From: Oopsacas minuta
Taxonomy: Eukaryota; Animalia; Porifera
Direction of reading: 5' to 3'
Assembly: GCA_024704765.1 (NCBI GenBank)
Contig: JAKMXF010000044.1
Location: 1-64,000 of the forward strand
DNA length: 64,000 nucleotides
Both the position numbers and the translations under genes were made by a program. The notes beneath the pieces are model-generated. The model worked only from the letters and a program-made list of their open reading frames with translations, was not told where the DNA came from and ran no database searches. Below are positions 12,471-26,907 of the stretch, one piece after another (within the stretch, counting starts at the first letter, position 1; every line of letters begins with the position of its first letter).

Positions 12471-15069
12471 ACTGCTAAATCTACTCACTAGTGATCGACA
12501 AACTGAATATTTCCGAATATCGGTATTCAACAGAAATCGGATAGTTATTCCCAACGTTGTTCAAGGCTAAAATATTTCCTAAATATTATTGGTGTAGCTG
12601 TATCAAATATTTAATTATTTGGTTGGTAGAATATCCGGCCATAATTTTCAGCGAAAACTGTTTCGAACACTACTGCTACTACCCACGCTTAACGGTATCC
12701 TTGCATAATTTAGTGATTACCAGATAACTTGATCACTATGAGTATATATCCCAAATATTGTGTTTTAATCTCTAAAGATGTGAACAGAAGATAAAGATTG
12801 CAAGTAATACCAGAATCTCTGCGGACACGAAATGTTCGCAGGCTGCATAAAGCAAGCACGCGCATCTTACTTCTACCATTTAATGATTAATTTGTAAAGG
12901 GGCCTAAGGCATCTAGATAAGCCTTCGGCAGGAGCTAGCAAAAGCGGCGGATGAAGCGCGATTTTCGGCTTGTAATGGTTAAAAATATCTCGAATTATTA
13001 ATTATCTATCGGTTCTAGGCAAGAGACCATCCAAAATGTAATTACATTTAAGAAGATGTTTAGAGAATGATGCAGATAGACGTACTCTCACTTCTTCGTG
13101 GTTACCCGGATCAACTAGACAATGTTATTTAGCGGAGTTGACTACATAATTTGAATCGCTAAGTTTGTCATAAATGTTTTAGAAGTTGTAAGGAATATAT
13201 CATAAAATATACAGTAACCCATGCCTTCTAAATCACCGATTTCATAAAGGGAGGAAAATTATTGAGTTTCAGCACCTAGTAGAGTTTATTAACGAATATG
13301 AATCAAGTCGCATAATTGGCTAGTAAGTACTGTGAAAATTGATGTGGGAGCTGAATTGTAGAACATATGTACATTTAGTGTGAAGCATCTTTAGTAATTA
13401 AATACAACCATTTTTGGTGTATATGCATTTTGTCTGACCAAAAGTTTTAATGAAAATCCGCTACATATGGTTAATTAATACATTCATTTGGCATTTTGGA
13501 CCTTCACGGTGATTCTGACCTGTAAAAAGTTATTTCATTCAATTTCAAATCTCTTTACTTAAGCACGTTGAAACTTTATCCATAACATATATTTTGCTGT
13601 TGCTGAATAGAAAATGTCCAATAAAGTAATAGAAAAATTGACTCTGTATATAACGTTCATTACATTGCAAGACAACACCTAGAGGCAAACAAACACTACT
13701 CATTCCTAAAAGTATGATTTCTGAAAGAAGTTTTATATACGCTACTTTTCCAGTCCTTAACAGGACCTACTAGATCGGTGTTGCCTGCCCTGCAATCAGG
13801 GAGGGTATATCCATACTATTCAATTACGTAAACCCTCCTGACAAGAGGCAGTTTCATCGCCCATGCCCAGAGATGCATGATTATTTTAACAGTGGGAGGG
13901 TCCGCGAATCATAGGCATTTGTGCTCCAGAGTTTTTATTTGATTACTTTTATCAAATAGAATCCTTCAAATTTTTCCTTTCAAATCTAAATCCAATGTCT
14001 AAGAAATATTCTCCAATTGTAATTGATCCCTTCGGCGGTGCGGGTTAGCATGAATTCTCAGTTCCAGGAAGCAGGGAAGAATATTTTCCACAATATAATG
14101 GTGATCACAATAGTGAGATGAGGCTGCTGACCAGCTGGAAGGACTTTGCTTCTTTGCCTCAATCCTAGTTACGCCTGCTACTAAATCATCTCGAATCCTT
14201 TCAATTCCAAACCCAAATCTCTTTGGAATTGATAGGCATTTCAAGTCGATTCGTAGTGGCATAAAATAAAATAGAATCATCAATTTCTTTCATTTCTCAA
14301 TCTCTTTTCTTTTCAAAGCCTGAATTGGTAGTATTGTATTTTTTATTTTTGTTTATATTCTATTGGCATTCTAACTTCCTAATCCCAATTTTAATAGTAT
14401 TCTTAAGTTATCTTTGATTATGGTGCCTGTTAACGATGTTTTGGAATTTGACCAATCTATAAAGCAATTGTTTATATCGTCTAAACCAAAAGAATCAGAG
14501 CCACAATCCACTCTTATAGTGCATCATGATGAACTATTGAGAACCCTATTAAAATCAGATTTGTCAAGTTCTATGCCTCAAGTAGGGATTGTATTTTCAG
14601 GTATATTATTCCCTTTTCCTTTTTATTTTATTTTACTCTACATTTCAGCAATCTTGGATGTATTTATTATTGATCCTAGTCTATGGATAGTATGCCTTCT
14701 TTACATATGATTCCCAAGCACTTTAAACACTCATGCTGGGATATTATGCTTGTACACAAATATGAAATATCATAGCACTACACTAAGGAAATGTCAGTCG
14801 TTACAATTCTTGAACCATCGATTGGTTAGTATATCTAACTTTCTATTTCATGTATGCTACGTGTTATTTATCCAATTGTTGTTTTAACATAGTCGCAAAA
14901 GAATCTTATAACCTTTTTCTTTTCATCAGGAATTTATTCCCAGTTGAATTAATTACTAGCCCACAGTGATTATGATTTGTATTAGCATGCATTTACGAAA
15001 CCCATACTTATTATCTGTACTATTTGACAAATAAACAAATATATTCCTTATGATAGCTGAGCTATATTA

Positions 15070-16403
15070 CAGGGTATCTCAAAAGTTTATCACCTTATTC
15101 ATCAAGCCAGTAAATTGTATTTAATGTATACAATCATTAGACTATTTGCCAATGTATTCACCGTTAAGTTCAATACAAGAATTAATGCGGTTTGGCTTTC
15201 CATCGATTACATTCTGGAGAATCGATGGGCTGATACCACTCCAGATGTTTTCCAAAATTTTCGCGAGTTGTTTTAGATTAGTAGCGGGCTTCCTCTTGTC
15301 CAGCTCTGCCTGCATAATGGCCCACAGATTTTCTATAGGATTCAAATCTGGCGAGTTACTAGGCCAGATATCTTTCGCCCAGAATCCTGGTAAATGGTCA
15401 GAAAGCCACTTCTGTGTCTTTATAGCAGTATGAGCAGGCGCTCCATCCTGCATAAAAAAAGTGGCGGACATCTTTCGATACAATTTCCTCTGAGTCAGGG
15501 GCCCTCTCATCTTCTTACGTTTATAGGTAGGGAGACAGCACTTATCCAGTATTTCATTGATATAATAGTCCGCATTCACAGATTGTCTTGGAGAGATTAG
15601 ATGGAGTTCTGATAGTCCACGATGACTCATCATTCCCCAGACCATTAATCTTGGAGGATTTTGACCGTTTCGACTGGAGTGATATTACGCGAACTGACGT
15701 CTCAAACCCGATCATTCTGTGAATTTGTAGGGTGAGAAAGCTCAAAGGGGCTTTCATCACTGAAGAAAACTCGCTCCCAATCAAGTGAAGTCCAAGATTT
15801 ATGCTCAAGACAGAACTTGACCCTTTTAGACTTCTGTACTTCCGTCAATTTAGGGTTTGATGGCCGTTTATACGCTTTAGCCCCAATAGAATTGTGTAAA
15901 TAACGGTGAACAGTATCTTTACTAATAGTAACATATTTACTTGAAATATATTTCGCCAATTTCCGAGTTGAATGCCATCATTTGCCTATGGATTTTCGAA
16001 TTATTATTTTTGGGACCCGGGAAAGTTTCGGCGGACGTCCAGAACGAGGCTTGCCGTTGAGCATTTCTCCAGCTTTTTGTTCCAATTCTTTATGGTTCGA
16101 ATTGTGACTCCAAGTGTGTCAGCAACTGTTCTTTGAGTGGAACCAGCTAGTAGCATATCTATCGCTCTTTCGCGGATGGATAATCTCGTCATTTTGACAT
16201 CGATAATATTGAAATTTGATAATTATCAAAGTATCGCAAAATGAATCACAGAATTAAACATTTGATACTACTCATGGTTGAGAACATTAGTCAACAATAA
16301 ATTGACGATGCTAAAATAAATGGGTAGGTAGTAAATGAAGTAGGCTGATTTCTGTTCAAATATATTGAAATACTAATGGTGAAAAAACTTTTGAGACACC
16401 CTG
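15070..16403 (-). mobile_element. IS630-Tc1-mariner DD37E transposon, frameshifted
   Basis: TIRs CAGGGTATCTCAAAAGTTT / AAACTTTTGAGACACCCTG with TA TSDs. Motifs FFSDES, MQDGAPAH and SPDLNPIENLW, with 37 residues between the second D and E. Confidence 0.9.
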
Positions 16404-16519
16404 TATAGTACAGTTTTTCTAATTGAAAAGGAGATAAATGTTATTGATAGTTAATAATCAACACGATCCATGTTATCCAATTATTTCCGTTCGACATCAC
16501 GTGACTGTTTAGCTAAAAC

Positions 16520-16917
16520 TCGCAGGGTTGATAAAAATCGGCTTTTTTGATTTCAATCAGATTTTTTGATTTTAATCGGATATTTTCTATTTAAATCGGA
16601 TTTTGTATGACAGCTGCTGAACTATCCCGCTTAATATGAACAACCCCCTCAGGTCCCAATTCTTCGGCCTACGTAAGATTTGTATTAAGTCAAGTCATTA
16701 TGGAGGGGTTCACAATAAGCGACCCTGACTGTACAAATGAATAGATTTTCGATAGGTATACATAATAGTATCAGAATGGACATAATCAGCTTGATGAAAT
16801 ATTCAAAACATCAAAATATTGAATTTTAATTAGATATTTTGATAAAACTCGGATTTGGATTTATATCATGATTTAAATCAATGATTTAAATCACTTGATT
16901 TAAATCTAACAACCCTG
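16520..16917. mobile_element. hAT-type MITE carrying a nested pogo/Tigger-like MITE (~16608-16733)
   Basis: CAGGGTTG...CAACCCTG ends with GATTTAAATC subterminal repeats. A TSD-like GCTAAAA(C/G) is present but offset by 3 nt on the left. The inner element ends ...CGCTTATTGTGAAC-type / CCCTGACTGTA. Confidence 0.6.
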
Positions 16918-18500
16918 GCTAAAAGGGCAATAGTTTGGATTGCATATTTTTGGCAAATTATCCACTTATTACTCTATTGTCGCGAGACTTTTAGCCAAAT
17001 CATTACAACCAATATATACTACATGCCCAACTTCCTATACCCTTTAATACGTTTGATACGATATTTCTAAGCACTATTGTGTAAATCTAGATATTGACAA
17101 TTTATGGCCCTATTCAAGATTGCGTCACACCGGTTAGAGAATGGTATCAAAATTTATTACAAGAGTTTGGGAAGAGGGTATGTATAGGGCTGTCGACGAA
17201 TCCTCATTTTCTAAGATCCAGGTATCAAATCGTTGGGCACAGAATACCCGGGTATAACAGGGTTCTTGGTATTTGAATTACGGAGGGATTACATGCTTAT
17301 TTTCTCACCAAAAAGGGCACAATAAGTCTAATATTTCAACATCGCATTAGTCATGTTCTCTACCAATTATACTATAATATATGTTAATCAATCATACTAA
17401 ATAGCAATATGATTTAATACAATGGATTACTAAAGACCTATCGCAGTATCTTGTCATCAACTAATAGTAACTATTCTGCAAGTCCACTAATTTGTAGTAT
17501 TCTTGAAATGACCTTTCAGAATTACTAATGCATCCAAAGAGAGTCACTTAAAATAGATCTTAACTTTGTTTTGAAAAGGCCTGCTGCGGAAATGCTCTTT
17601 CGGGTTCTACACTGGTAGGAGGGATAGTATAAAGGGATTGTTCAAGCAACTGTAAATTAGAGGATTTACTACCAGTGACCTCAAAAAGGCTGAATCTTTT
17701 AGCCAGAAATGAAAGTTATCTTCAAGAATTTTGTTTGTAGTTGTAGTTGTGGATTTGCGAATAGATTCTCTTGGATCATCGAGCATTGGATTTTTAGAAG
17801 AAACTAGATTCAAATTTGATAATTCAGTGGTGTTTGATGATATCCACAAATGTCTAAAACCTTGTAGAAATTGCAGTTGCTTCATTATGTAGCCGAGATT
17901 CTAATCTATTAACGGCAAAGGAATGTTTTATTTCATGTATTCACAAATTGAGAATATTAGATCACAACTGGCACTTGATATATTCAGGGGCGGATCTAGA
18001 AAATCTGGTAGGGTATGCAGCCACCCAACCGCCAAAATATTCAGTTATTGGATTTTGTTCTTTTACTTAATCATTATCACTTTATTCCGTTATTTTAACA
18101 AATTGTAGTTATACTATAACAGCTAGTATTTCTCAATATGTAGTGTTTTAACCAAAGATCAACAAATATTCTATAGTAATGTATGTAATTTATGCGATTT
18201 TTGTCAGGCTTAATCTCCATGACCAATTTAACCAATCTTGACAAGCAGTCTAAGGTACTCCAAAATTATTGTGTTTTTAATACAAATATTATGTATCTAA
18301 TGAGAATTTCTGAATGTGGAACTACATCTGTTGACTCAATATCAGGTAATTGTGAATTAGAAGGAAGTTGAGACTTTGCAAAAAGTTGCTCAAAGTTGAC
18401 TGATCTTTTGTCAAACAAACTTACTTGTATAAGGAAACACAAATTATAAAAGGGTAAACAAATAGTTAGAAATATGGTGAAATATATATTCTTTCATTTA

Positions 18501-19832
18501 CAGTCTGTTACATAATTATTTAGAATGGAGATGTTTTATTACAAAACCTCAGTACTTTGTCTTACTTCACTCATACTACTTGTGTTTCGCTGTCCATAAT
18601 GGCTTAATGATATATTTTGCTAAAATTCCCTGAACCAAGTCATTATCTTATTTTTCCGGAAATTTTAGTCTTAAATATTAATTATGACTTAATGTAAATA
18701 TTCATTTTGACCTCCATTACTATTATTTTACCTTAATTATTTCCCTACTTGACAATCAGCTCTGAAAATGACTCAATACTAGAAGAGGGAAATTGTTAAG
18801 ACACTTCTACAATCCGGGGAACTTTTGCCCAAGGAAATCTCTGTTAATTGTGGAATTTCCTTAGCTACAGTATACCATGTTAAACGCCGATTAGATGAAG
18901 GTGTACCGCTATCTCACCAAAAGGGCGCAGGGGACCCAATAACTTGCGATCTTCCATCATATTGTCTATTCTTCATCAGGTTCGATGTAAACCATACCTC
19001 TCTTTGCGAACATTAGCAAGTCGTACAGGTAATAAGGCTTCCTATCAGACTGTCCGGAGAGTGTTGAAGGACCAATCTTACAACAAACCTTACCATGTTC
19101 AGATCCCTATGCTGAGTGAAAAAAGTCGCATGTACAGGATAGAATGGGCATAAAGTATAAATACTCGTAGAAACAATGAGTCCAAACAATATTTCTTGAC
19201 GAGAAGCCAATCTGGCTCTTAAGGGGAAGATTAAGGATGTAGACAAACTCCAACAAAAAAGGATCGCCCCAACAACGAAGCATGTCCCAAAGATACACGT
19301 GTGAGCTGCATTATCATCTATGGGTGCATTCCCATTGTGCGTTTTCACTAACAATATGAACAGTGCAATGTTTTAGATATATAGGAAGGATATTTGATAA
19401 CTCAAGCACAGGTGTATCATGAAAGTCAGTGGCGATTGGTAATGGATAATGATTCAAAACACACATCGCAAAAAGCCCGAACCTGGTTGGCACAAAATGT
19501 ACCAAATCAGATTCCATGGCCTTCACAAAGTCCAGATCTTAACCCCATTGAAATTTATTCGCATGGGTGAAGCGAGAGATACTTAAGCTAGGCCCAAGGA
19601 CAATTCCAGAACTGAAACTCAATTTAGAAGCTGTCTGGAATCGTATTCAACCAGATTTTCTCAAACCATCAATGCCGAAAAGATGCCAACTAGTAGTAGG
19701 GGCACCGGGTATCCTATGAATTATTAAGATTTATTACTTCACTCTCAATTTGGGGCATATATGGCAATGTATACTGTAACTCTAATAATTTTCGGCTTAA
19801 GTAACAATTCCAAATAAATATGTAACAGACTA
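18501..19832 (+). mobile_element. Tc1 (DD34E) transposon, decayed
   Basis: TIRs CAGTCTGTTACATAATTATTT / AAATAAATATGTAACAGACTA with TA flanks. Motifs IFLDE, VMDNDSKH and SPDLNPIE, with 34-residue spacing. Confidence 0.88.
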
Positions 19833-20049
19833 TATATCAGAATTATATTCCTATGGCTCCTTAATAACTACAGTAGGCAATAATGAAATAATATTGAAGG
19901 AACATTTCCCGAATTACAAGTATATAGTCGAGAAAATAAATTCATTAGGGTTGTGGTATGGGCAATCGATCTACGGGATCTATTTAAAGCTCCATTGACA
20001 CTCGACTGGGAACATTCGACAAGCTGTTAGCAATGTGTGATGTGATAGG

Positions 20050-20819
20050 TTCCTGTTAGTGGGAAGGTGGCAAATATAGGGAGAGAAAGTTAACAAAATT
20101 CACTGCTGATGCTTTCATAGTAATGACAAAATTCAGCGTTGCGCCACCATGTATCCGTTAACTCATCACCAATTCGAATTTGTCTTTCCTGCTGTTTTTT
20201 CTCAAGGGCCTCTGGGAAGTTTTTCGGACAAGCCAGGCAACGACACGGTGGTAACTTCTACATTGATGTAGGAGATGTTATCTCTGTATACAAGGCACTG
20301 CGATTGCATCAGATACTTAAATTTAATATCATTCCACAAGGTTGCCTGAAGTTGAAATGCTCCTATTGTGCTACGTCTATCATATTTGAAGATTTACGTG
20401 TTATGCTTGAGACAAGTACAGAAGACACGCAAACACTTCTTGATTCCACTGACACACTTAAACATAATGTAGTCTTCATTGCAGGATTCTTAACATATAA
20501 ACACCAAGGGCAGGGAGAGGGAGATGAGGTATCAAGTGAATTCTTGCAAGAGCTTGACAGAGGAGGATTGAGAGTGCCTACATTAGACACCACATGTTTT
20601 GTATACATAGCCATCAATCTCCTCGGAAAACTTCCTGAATCAAAAAACAGATGTCGAGTGTACATAATGAAAATTCTTTCATATATGGATAGTCCTCTTG
20701 CGGAAAACCGGGAGCTGAGTTGTACTCTTGTTATTGCCCTACTAAATGCTCAAGTCAATCACACAAGTGATCGGGAGCTACAGTATGGCTGTCTTCGACG
20801 GAAGGAGAAACTTCAATAG
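20050..20819 (+). pseudogene. C-terminal fragment of a P-element/THAP9-like transposase
   Basis: KFFGQARQRHGGNFYID (catalytic-E region), CSYC, VVFIAGFLTYK and ELDRGGLRVPT. Termini not resolved. Confidence 0.7.
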
Positions 20820-21963
20820 CTTATTTACAAATTTTTTCTTTATATCATCCTTATATTTGAATTCCTATTCGAGGTTCATACCTATTCTATGTTTAACTCT
20901 ACCAATAAAGGTAGAGACTAAGATATTACTATATATCGAAAAGTGTGAAAACCACAAAACTAAGCATTTTTGATAGGTTGACTAACTCAATTGACTCCAT
21001 ATGCAACTTACCTTTCGATAATTATACATTTGTCATACCTAACTCGTATCAATTACGAAATATTCACGATTTTACCTTATATGGAGGGATGAAACCGCAT
21101 AACTCACATTCCACAAATATTTGAGGTAAGGAATGTGACTAAATGACTCCTTACCCATGAATTCCCATTGTATAATAACACATTTATCATGTCTAACTCT
21201 AACTGGAAGCTATATTTTGACATTATTAACATAATGTAGAAAGGTGTGACAACCGCATAACTCACATTTCACAAATATTTTAGCTAAGGCAACATAACCA
21301 ATAGGCTCTAAAAGTATAACTTCTTATTCAACAATAACACATTTGGGGTATCTAACTATAGCGGTTTACGAGATCTCGATAAATACACAATGGACTCAAG
21401 TTCCAAGACCCAAGCTGGCAGCTCACAGTCCTTTATTAGAGTAGTCTATGACCTAAAACCATTCGCAGAACCTCTAGCTTAATTTTAATTTTGTTGCAGA
21501 ACTTATGCCTACCCTGTGTGTAACAGTATTTAATGGTCACCCTGTAATTTACTTGCCTATTCCTCTGCAGTGAGATGCACTAGAGGTTGCCCATGATTCT
21601 CAGTGACGAGACCCTCATGTATCGGGAGTGGTTTGTTGGCGAGTTGGGTATGAATCTTTATGTAAACTAGTTGTTCGGTTTTACTTGATATGTGTTTGAC
21701 GGCATGAAAAAGTTGGCCTTCCAAAATTGGTAAAATTGAAAGTAGGATAGATCAAGATGTATAATTGTTTAAATTGCTCAACAGCATTAAATAGGTAATC
21801 GATGGGCTTGTTAGGATATATTATGAATTTCGTGTAATCAAATAGAGTTTGGAAGCCATAAACTAAGGATGGGAATTTTTTGAATGCCCCAAGTACTTAG
21901 TAATCTTAATCATTGTACATTTGGGTCACTATATTTGTGGTAATGGTCATGAGTAAGACTAAC

Positions 21964-24664
21964 CATAGCCTACTAAATATAAGGCCTAACAGTAATTTCA
22001 TTTTTGTACCAGGGATAAGTTATTAGCTGATTATATTAGCCAACAATTTTATATTTTTCAAATTTCTGATTATTAATTAGCCATATTGTTTAAACTCATT
22101 ATGATTGTTGTATATGCTAATAAGAATTTTTTCACTGACCTCCTCTAGTTACTAGTAATGATATTCTATCACATACCTATGCCATTTTATAATCCATTTC
22201 TGCTCACTATTAACTCGTATATTGTATCTCTGATGCCAGTGCCTGTTCTGCCCGGGTTGCCCAAGTGATCTTTACCTAGATGACAGAGTGCATATATTCA
22301 GAATGCCAGAGAATCTACCTGAACTTAAACAGGCCTGGATACGCGCTCTTCACCGTGAAGATATTGATCGTCTCAAGGTAGTTAATGTATGTATCAAGCA
22401 TTTCCGTGAAGAAGATGTTGAGTATTTTCATAAGCTTCCCAATGGTGACGGTACTTTCACTAGTGTACCTCGCGATAAACTTAAGCTGAAAGAAGGGGCA
22501 ATTCCGTTTACTTCCTGGTTGCCCCTCTTATTATTCATCAACATCGACAAGCAAACGTACTCGTTTGTCCTATGAATCAAAAGAGAAAGAAATGTTGAAT
22601 CAAACCATTCAGCTTAGTCTAATATCTGAGAGTGAAGCCAAACACAAATTCATCATTAGAAATTTACAGGATCTGAAAGCTAAGTTGAATTATATTGTGT
22701 TACCAGACAATTGGTTAGTATGGCATACTGACAATTCTAGTACACGGTTTATTCTTCCTTGTCTTATTGAAAAAACTATTTCAGTAGATTTATATCTAGA
22801 AATAATTTCATTTTTATCTGTCCAACCTGGTTCTATGGACAAAGTACACCTAATTATATTCGACAAATTGAATCCTTATTACATCAAATTTCCTCGAAAT
22901 TTGTATCTGATGATCATAATACTAAATCACATTCATTTCATATTCCTCGTGCCAAACAACACATAGGGAAGGTTATTTATTTAGCTAGCAAAGAGGATAG
23001 CGAAACTATTCTTTCTCAGTTATATCCAATCTCTAATTCATCCTCTGTCAATTAGATAATATATTTATTCTAAAGAACAGGCGAAGGTACAATATAATTA
23101 CTCAAGTGATGTCAATTAAGACTTATCTCATTTCTCGAGCATGTTATGTCTATCTCCAGAGTTTAGAGTGTCTTTCTCTACCGCATGTTCACACATTAAA
23201 TACATTCATTCTTCGTTTGGCATTGAAAACGAATTCTCTACCTTTCTCACCGAGCTACTTCTTCCTTCAGTTCATTGGAGAGAATTGTTATAGTTCAAAT
23301 GGGTGAAATACACGTTAAATCTGATATTACTTATAAAGGAGGGAAAATCTTTGCTCCTAATTTGGACCCAGAGGACCCAACCAGAACTGTGTTCGCGGTA
23401 ATGGTATCTAGCTTACATAAGAAATGGACTTGTATTTCACGTTTATTAATATATGGATGCCATGTGGTTCTATTTCCGCTGAAAAGAAATTTCCCATCAT
23501 CAAAGAGTGTATCATTGATATTGAGAATTGTGGTTTAAGTTGTGCAGGTAATTTCAACTGACAATTATCCTTTGAATGTAAATCTTTTCACTATTTTCTC
23601 CGAATGGCAAATTGGGAACTGGGGTGCCTCACCCATTGATTCTACTAGATTTCTCTTCCTCACATTCGATTTTGTTTCGAGTTATCATATTTCCTACATT
23701 CAAATTCTTGAATCTGAGCGTCGTCTTAAGCTCTCTAACATCCTAAAAATGTTTTCTTGCCAACAGGACTCTTCTAAATCTATACATTCTTTTGTCAGAT
23801 CTTCTACTTCACCCTTTAGTACTTCTAGTGATGACCGAATAGTTCTGGAGCCATATCTTGATGAAATTGGTGATGTATTATCAATTGAATACACTCAGCA
23901 GATATTCCAGTCGTTAATTTTTATTGGAGGATATTTGGTCTATAAATTCTTGAAAGGGTTTCAAGAGTGTAGATTGCGCATTGATACGCTAACTCATGAT
24001 AAAGAATTTTTTCTGACAATGATTCAATTTCACGATCCGAGCTCTTACAATTAACAGAATGAGGGGGCTCAAATGTCCGTCTGAGCCTGTTCTTAGCTCT
24101 GTCACTACTCTCTAGAAGATTCTGTTTGCTATTGAGGACAATGACCATATGGCGAATCTACCTGTACACGGTCCAGCTAGAAAAATATTTGTTGAGTTCA
24201 CATTGATATACATGGAAGATGATGCAAGTATTGATAACTGGGAATTAAACTGTTCTATCTGTAATGTAACTAGATGGGATATCTTACGTAAACTTAGTTT
24301 ACTACTGCTAATTGCTTTCTGGCGAACAAGATTAAGAACTATACTTCACTTGTAACTTCTAGGTGTATAGAAAACGTAAACTGGAAAAGTTCTTATTATT
24401 TTGTGAAGTGTATGTATTATTATCGTTATTGTATGTATTTACATTTCTTATGTATGTTGATTGGGTTATTGTCCAATATACATTAGTTTCAATGATTTTC
24501 AAATAGAATTTCAGTATCCTAGTATAATACCAACGAAGGATTGTTAATAATAATTGAGATAATGTTTTAACTAGATATTTAAGATAATAACAGAATTCTC
24601 CAATATCAGCTAATAACGCATCCCTGGTACTTTTACTGTTAGGCCTTATATTTAGTAGGCTATG
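21964..24664 (+). mobile_element. P-element/THAP9-like transposon, internally deleted, complete ends
   Basis: Perfect ~32-bp TIRs CATAGCCTACTAAATATAAGGCCTAACAGTAA and a 7-bp TSD GACTAAC (21957-21963, 24665-24671). THAP domain (W..AL.R...VCIKHF...LKEGAIP), VQMGEIH (D to G), ISTDNYPLN, and LIFIGGYLVYK C-terminus. Confidence 0.9.
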
Positions 24665-25065
24665 GACTAACTAATTATATATTCAGTGATTCCATATTGA
24701 GACGAAAATCTTTCATTGTTTATTATTATATACTTAAACTTTAGTATTATATCTTACATATAGTTGATTATATTTTTATGTTTATATCCATTCATAGCAT
24801 TCTAATGATTCTACACATAATGCAATGGCGCGCTTAATCATTTTGACTATGGATGGGATAGTTAATTGCTATATTTGCAAAGGGAAGTCTTTGGTTTCTC
24901 TAATATTAAATTGTGTATTTTTCTCCTGAACAAATTTCTACTTTTGATATTCAATAGTGCGCAAAGTCTATACCTACAAACCAAGGTTTATCTAGCATTT
25001 TCTAGTGTGCCACTTTATTACGGGTCTAAAATTTTTAAGGCACCCTGACAAGGATGAACACAATA

Positions 25066-25148
25066 CAGTGTAACCCGATTATTTAAACTGCCAGCGACCG
25101 GACAAAGGTGTTCGTAAAACTAAAAGTTTAGATAATCAGGCTGCACTG
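25066..25148. mobile_element. 83-bp pogo/Tigger-like MITE
   Basis: TA-CAGTGTAACCCGATTATTTAAACT...AGTTTAGATAATCAGGCTGCACTG-TA. Confidence 0.7.
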
Positions 25149-26907
25149 TATATTCAGGAACAACAAATCTTGGCAGAACCCTAATTTTTATGCTTACCAC
25201 ATCTTATCAGTATATTATTACTCAACCAATACATTAGCATATATATTCGGGGGAGTTTACTTTTTAGAGTGAGAACTAACCAACGGGCTATACATTATTT
25301 ATGGACTCGACTTCTTCTCTTTCGGCATCACACGGTGATGCCCAGAAACCCACTCATGAAAAGGGGGACATTAATTGGTGAAGAGCCTCTCAAATCATTT
25401 CTCAATCCCAAAGCTATTGTTGTCGGCGAATCTGAATCTTGTGTTGATGAAGATGAGGATCACGATCCTAGAGCCTCAAGTCACGATGTTGAACCTCCTC
25501 CGAGTAAAGTCTAAAGGACTTCATTACAGGTGCAATACCCCTGGCTCTTTTTACAAGGAGATAGGTATTTCTGCAAGTATTGTTCAGATAATACTAAGCT
25601 TATAACACTTACCAATGATGTGCTTTTCGTTAACTGTGGTGTGGCTAGGAATAAGCAGCCTGATAGAAAAGTAGGAAAGCATTGTATTTCTACATTTCAC
25701 ATACAAAGCATAGATATGGAAAAAATCATGACTGAAGCGACTCAGTCAGTAGTTGATCAGGTCATCAACAGAGCTCTTTAAGATGCCAAAACGAGAGTAA
25801 AGGTTGCTGAAACTTTCGTAGATAAGTACATAAAGGTCGCTCTGTTCTTGTTTGTAGAAGAAATCCCTCACACAAAGAAGTTCGAGAAATTACTTGATTG
25901 AATATGTTCGATGGAGTTTGATATGTTCCATTTTGCCAAGACCAGAGACGAAAATGCTACTTATCGTAGTACGACTACGAGATCCGAATTTATATATATA
26001 ATGGACAAAGTTCTTGATAGTGAAGTCAGTACAAGGCTTCGTTGTAGCATTAACCAGTATGGCGCTTACACCATTATGGCCGATGAGACATTTATCAATA
26101 ACCAGTCTTTCCTGGGAGTTTATGCAAGATTCCTTGAAGTGTCCCATTGATCAGTAAATACTGTTGAAGAACTTATTTTCACCACTGCAGTGTCATCTAC
26201 TAAAGCACAGGCACTCTTTGATGCTATTGATGTTGGGCTTAATTCTCGCAATATAGCTACAAATTGTCCTAGATGTATCCCTCTTGGTGCGCGGGACATG
26301 AGCTCTCCGGACAAAAGTCTATACGGCTTGATGAAATCCAATTGGAATTTACGTCATCTAGTATATCAACATTGCAAGGCACACAGGCACGAATTGGTAT
26401 CTAAATCTGTAGCAAGGATTTCGCTATTGTCAAAATTCGATTGCTAGCCTCCAAGTGCTTTTCATGTTCTTTCATATGAGCAACAAGAAGTATGAAGTTC
26501 TAAAGGATCAAACTGCTCAAAATCCTAGAGGTCAAGGCAGGATCAAGGGACTCATGGGAGTTGCTGGTAGTCGATAGCTGTCTAATTTTGGTTCTATCGC
26601 GCGGGCACTGGATATACTTCCTAGTGTAGCCTTGACACTCGATTGCATGTCAGAGTTGCCCGGCTTTGATGCTACCGATATGTCTATTGCTGCTGGCTTG
26701 TTTTGGAAACTTGTATACCAAGAAAAGTTAAAGACCTTGATTTACTTGGATTATAAATTTTACAAACTTGTTAACCTATCTTTAAAATTCCAAAGGTCTG
26801 CTTTCACAACAACTGATGTTATTTCCCACACTAACACAGTTATCCGGGAATTGGGGGATGGAGCGAACCCCATCATAGTGAAAGAAGCTACAAATAATCG
26901 TCTAAGC

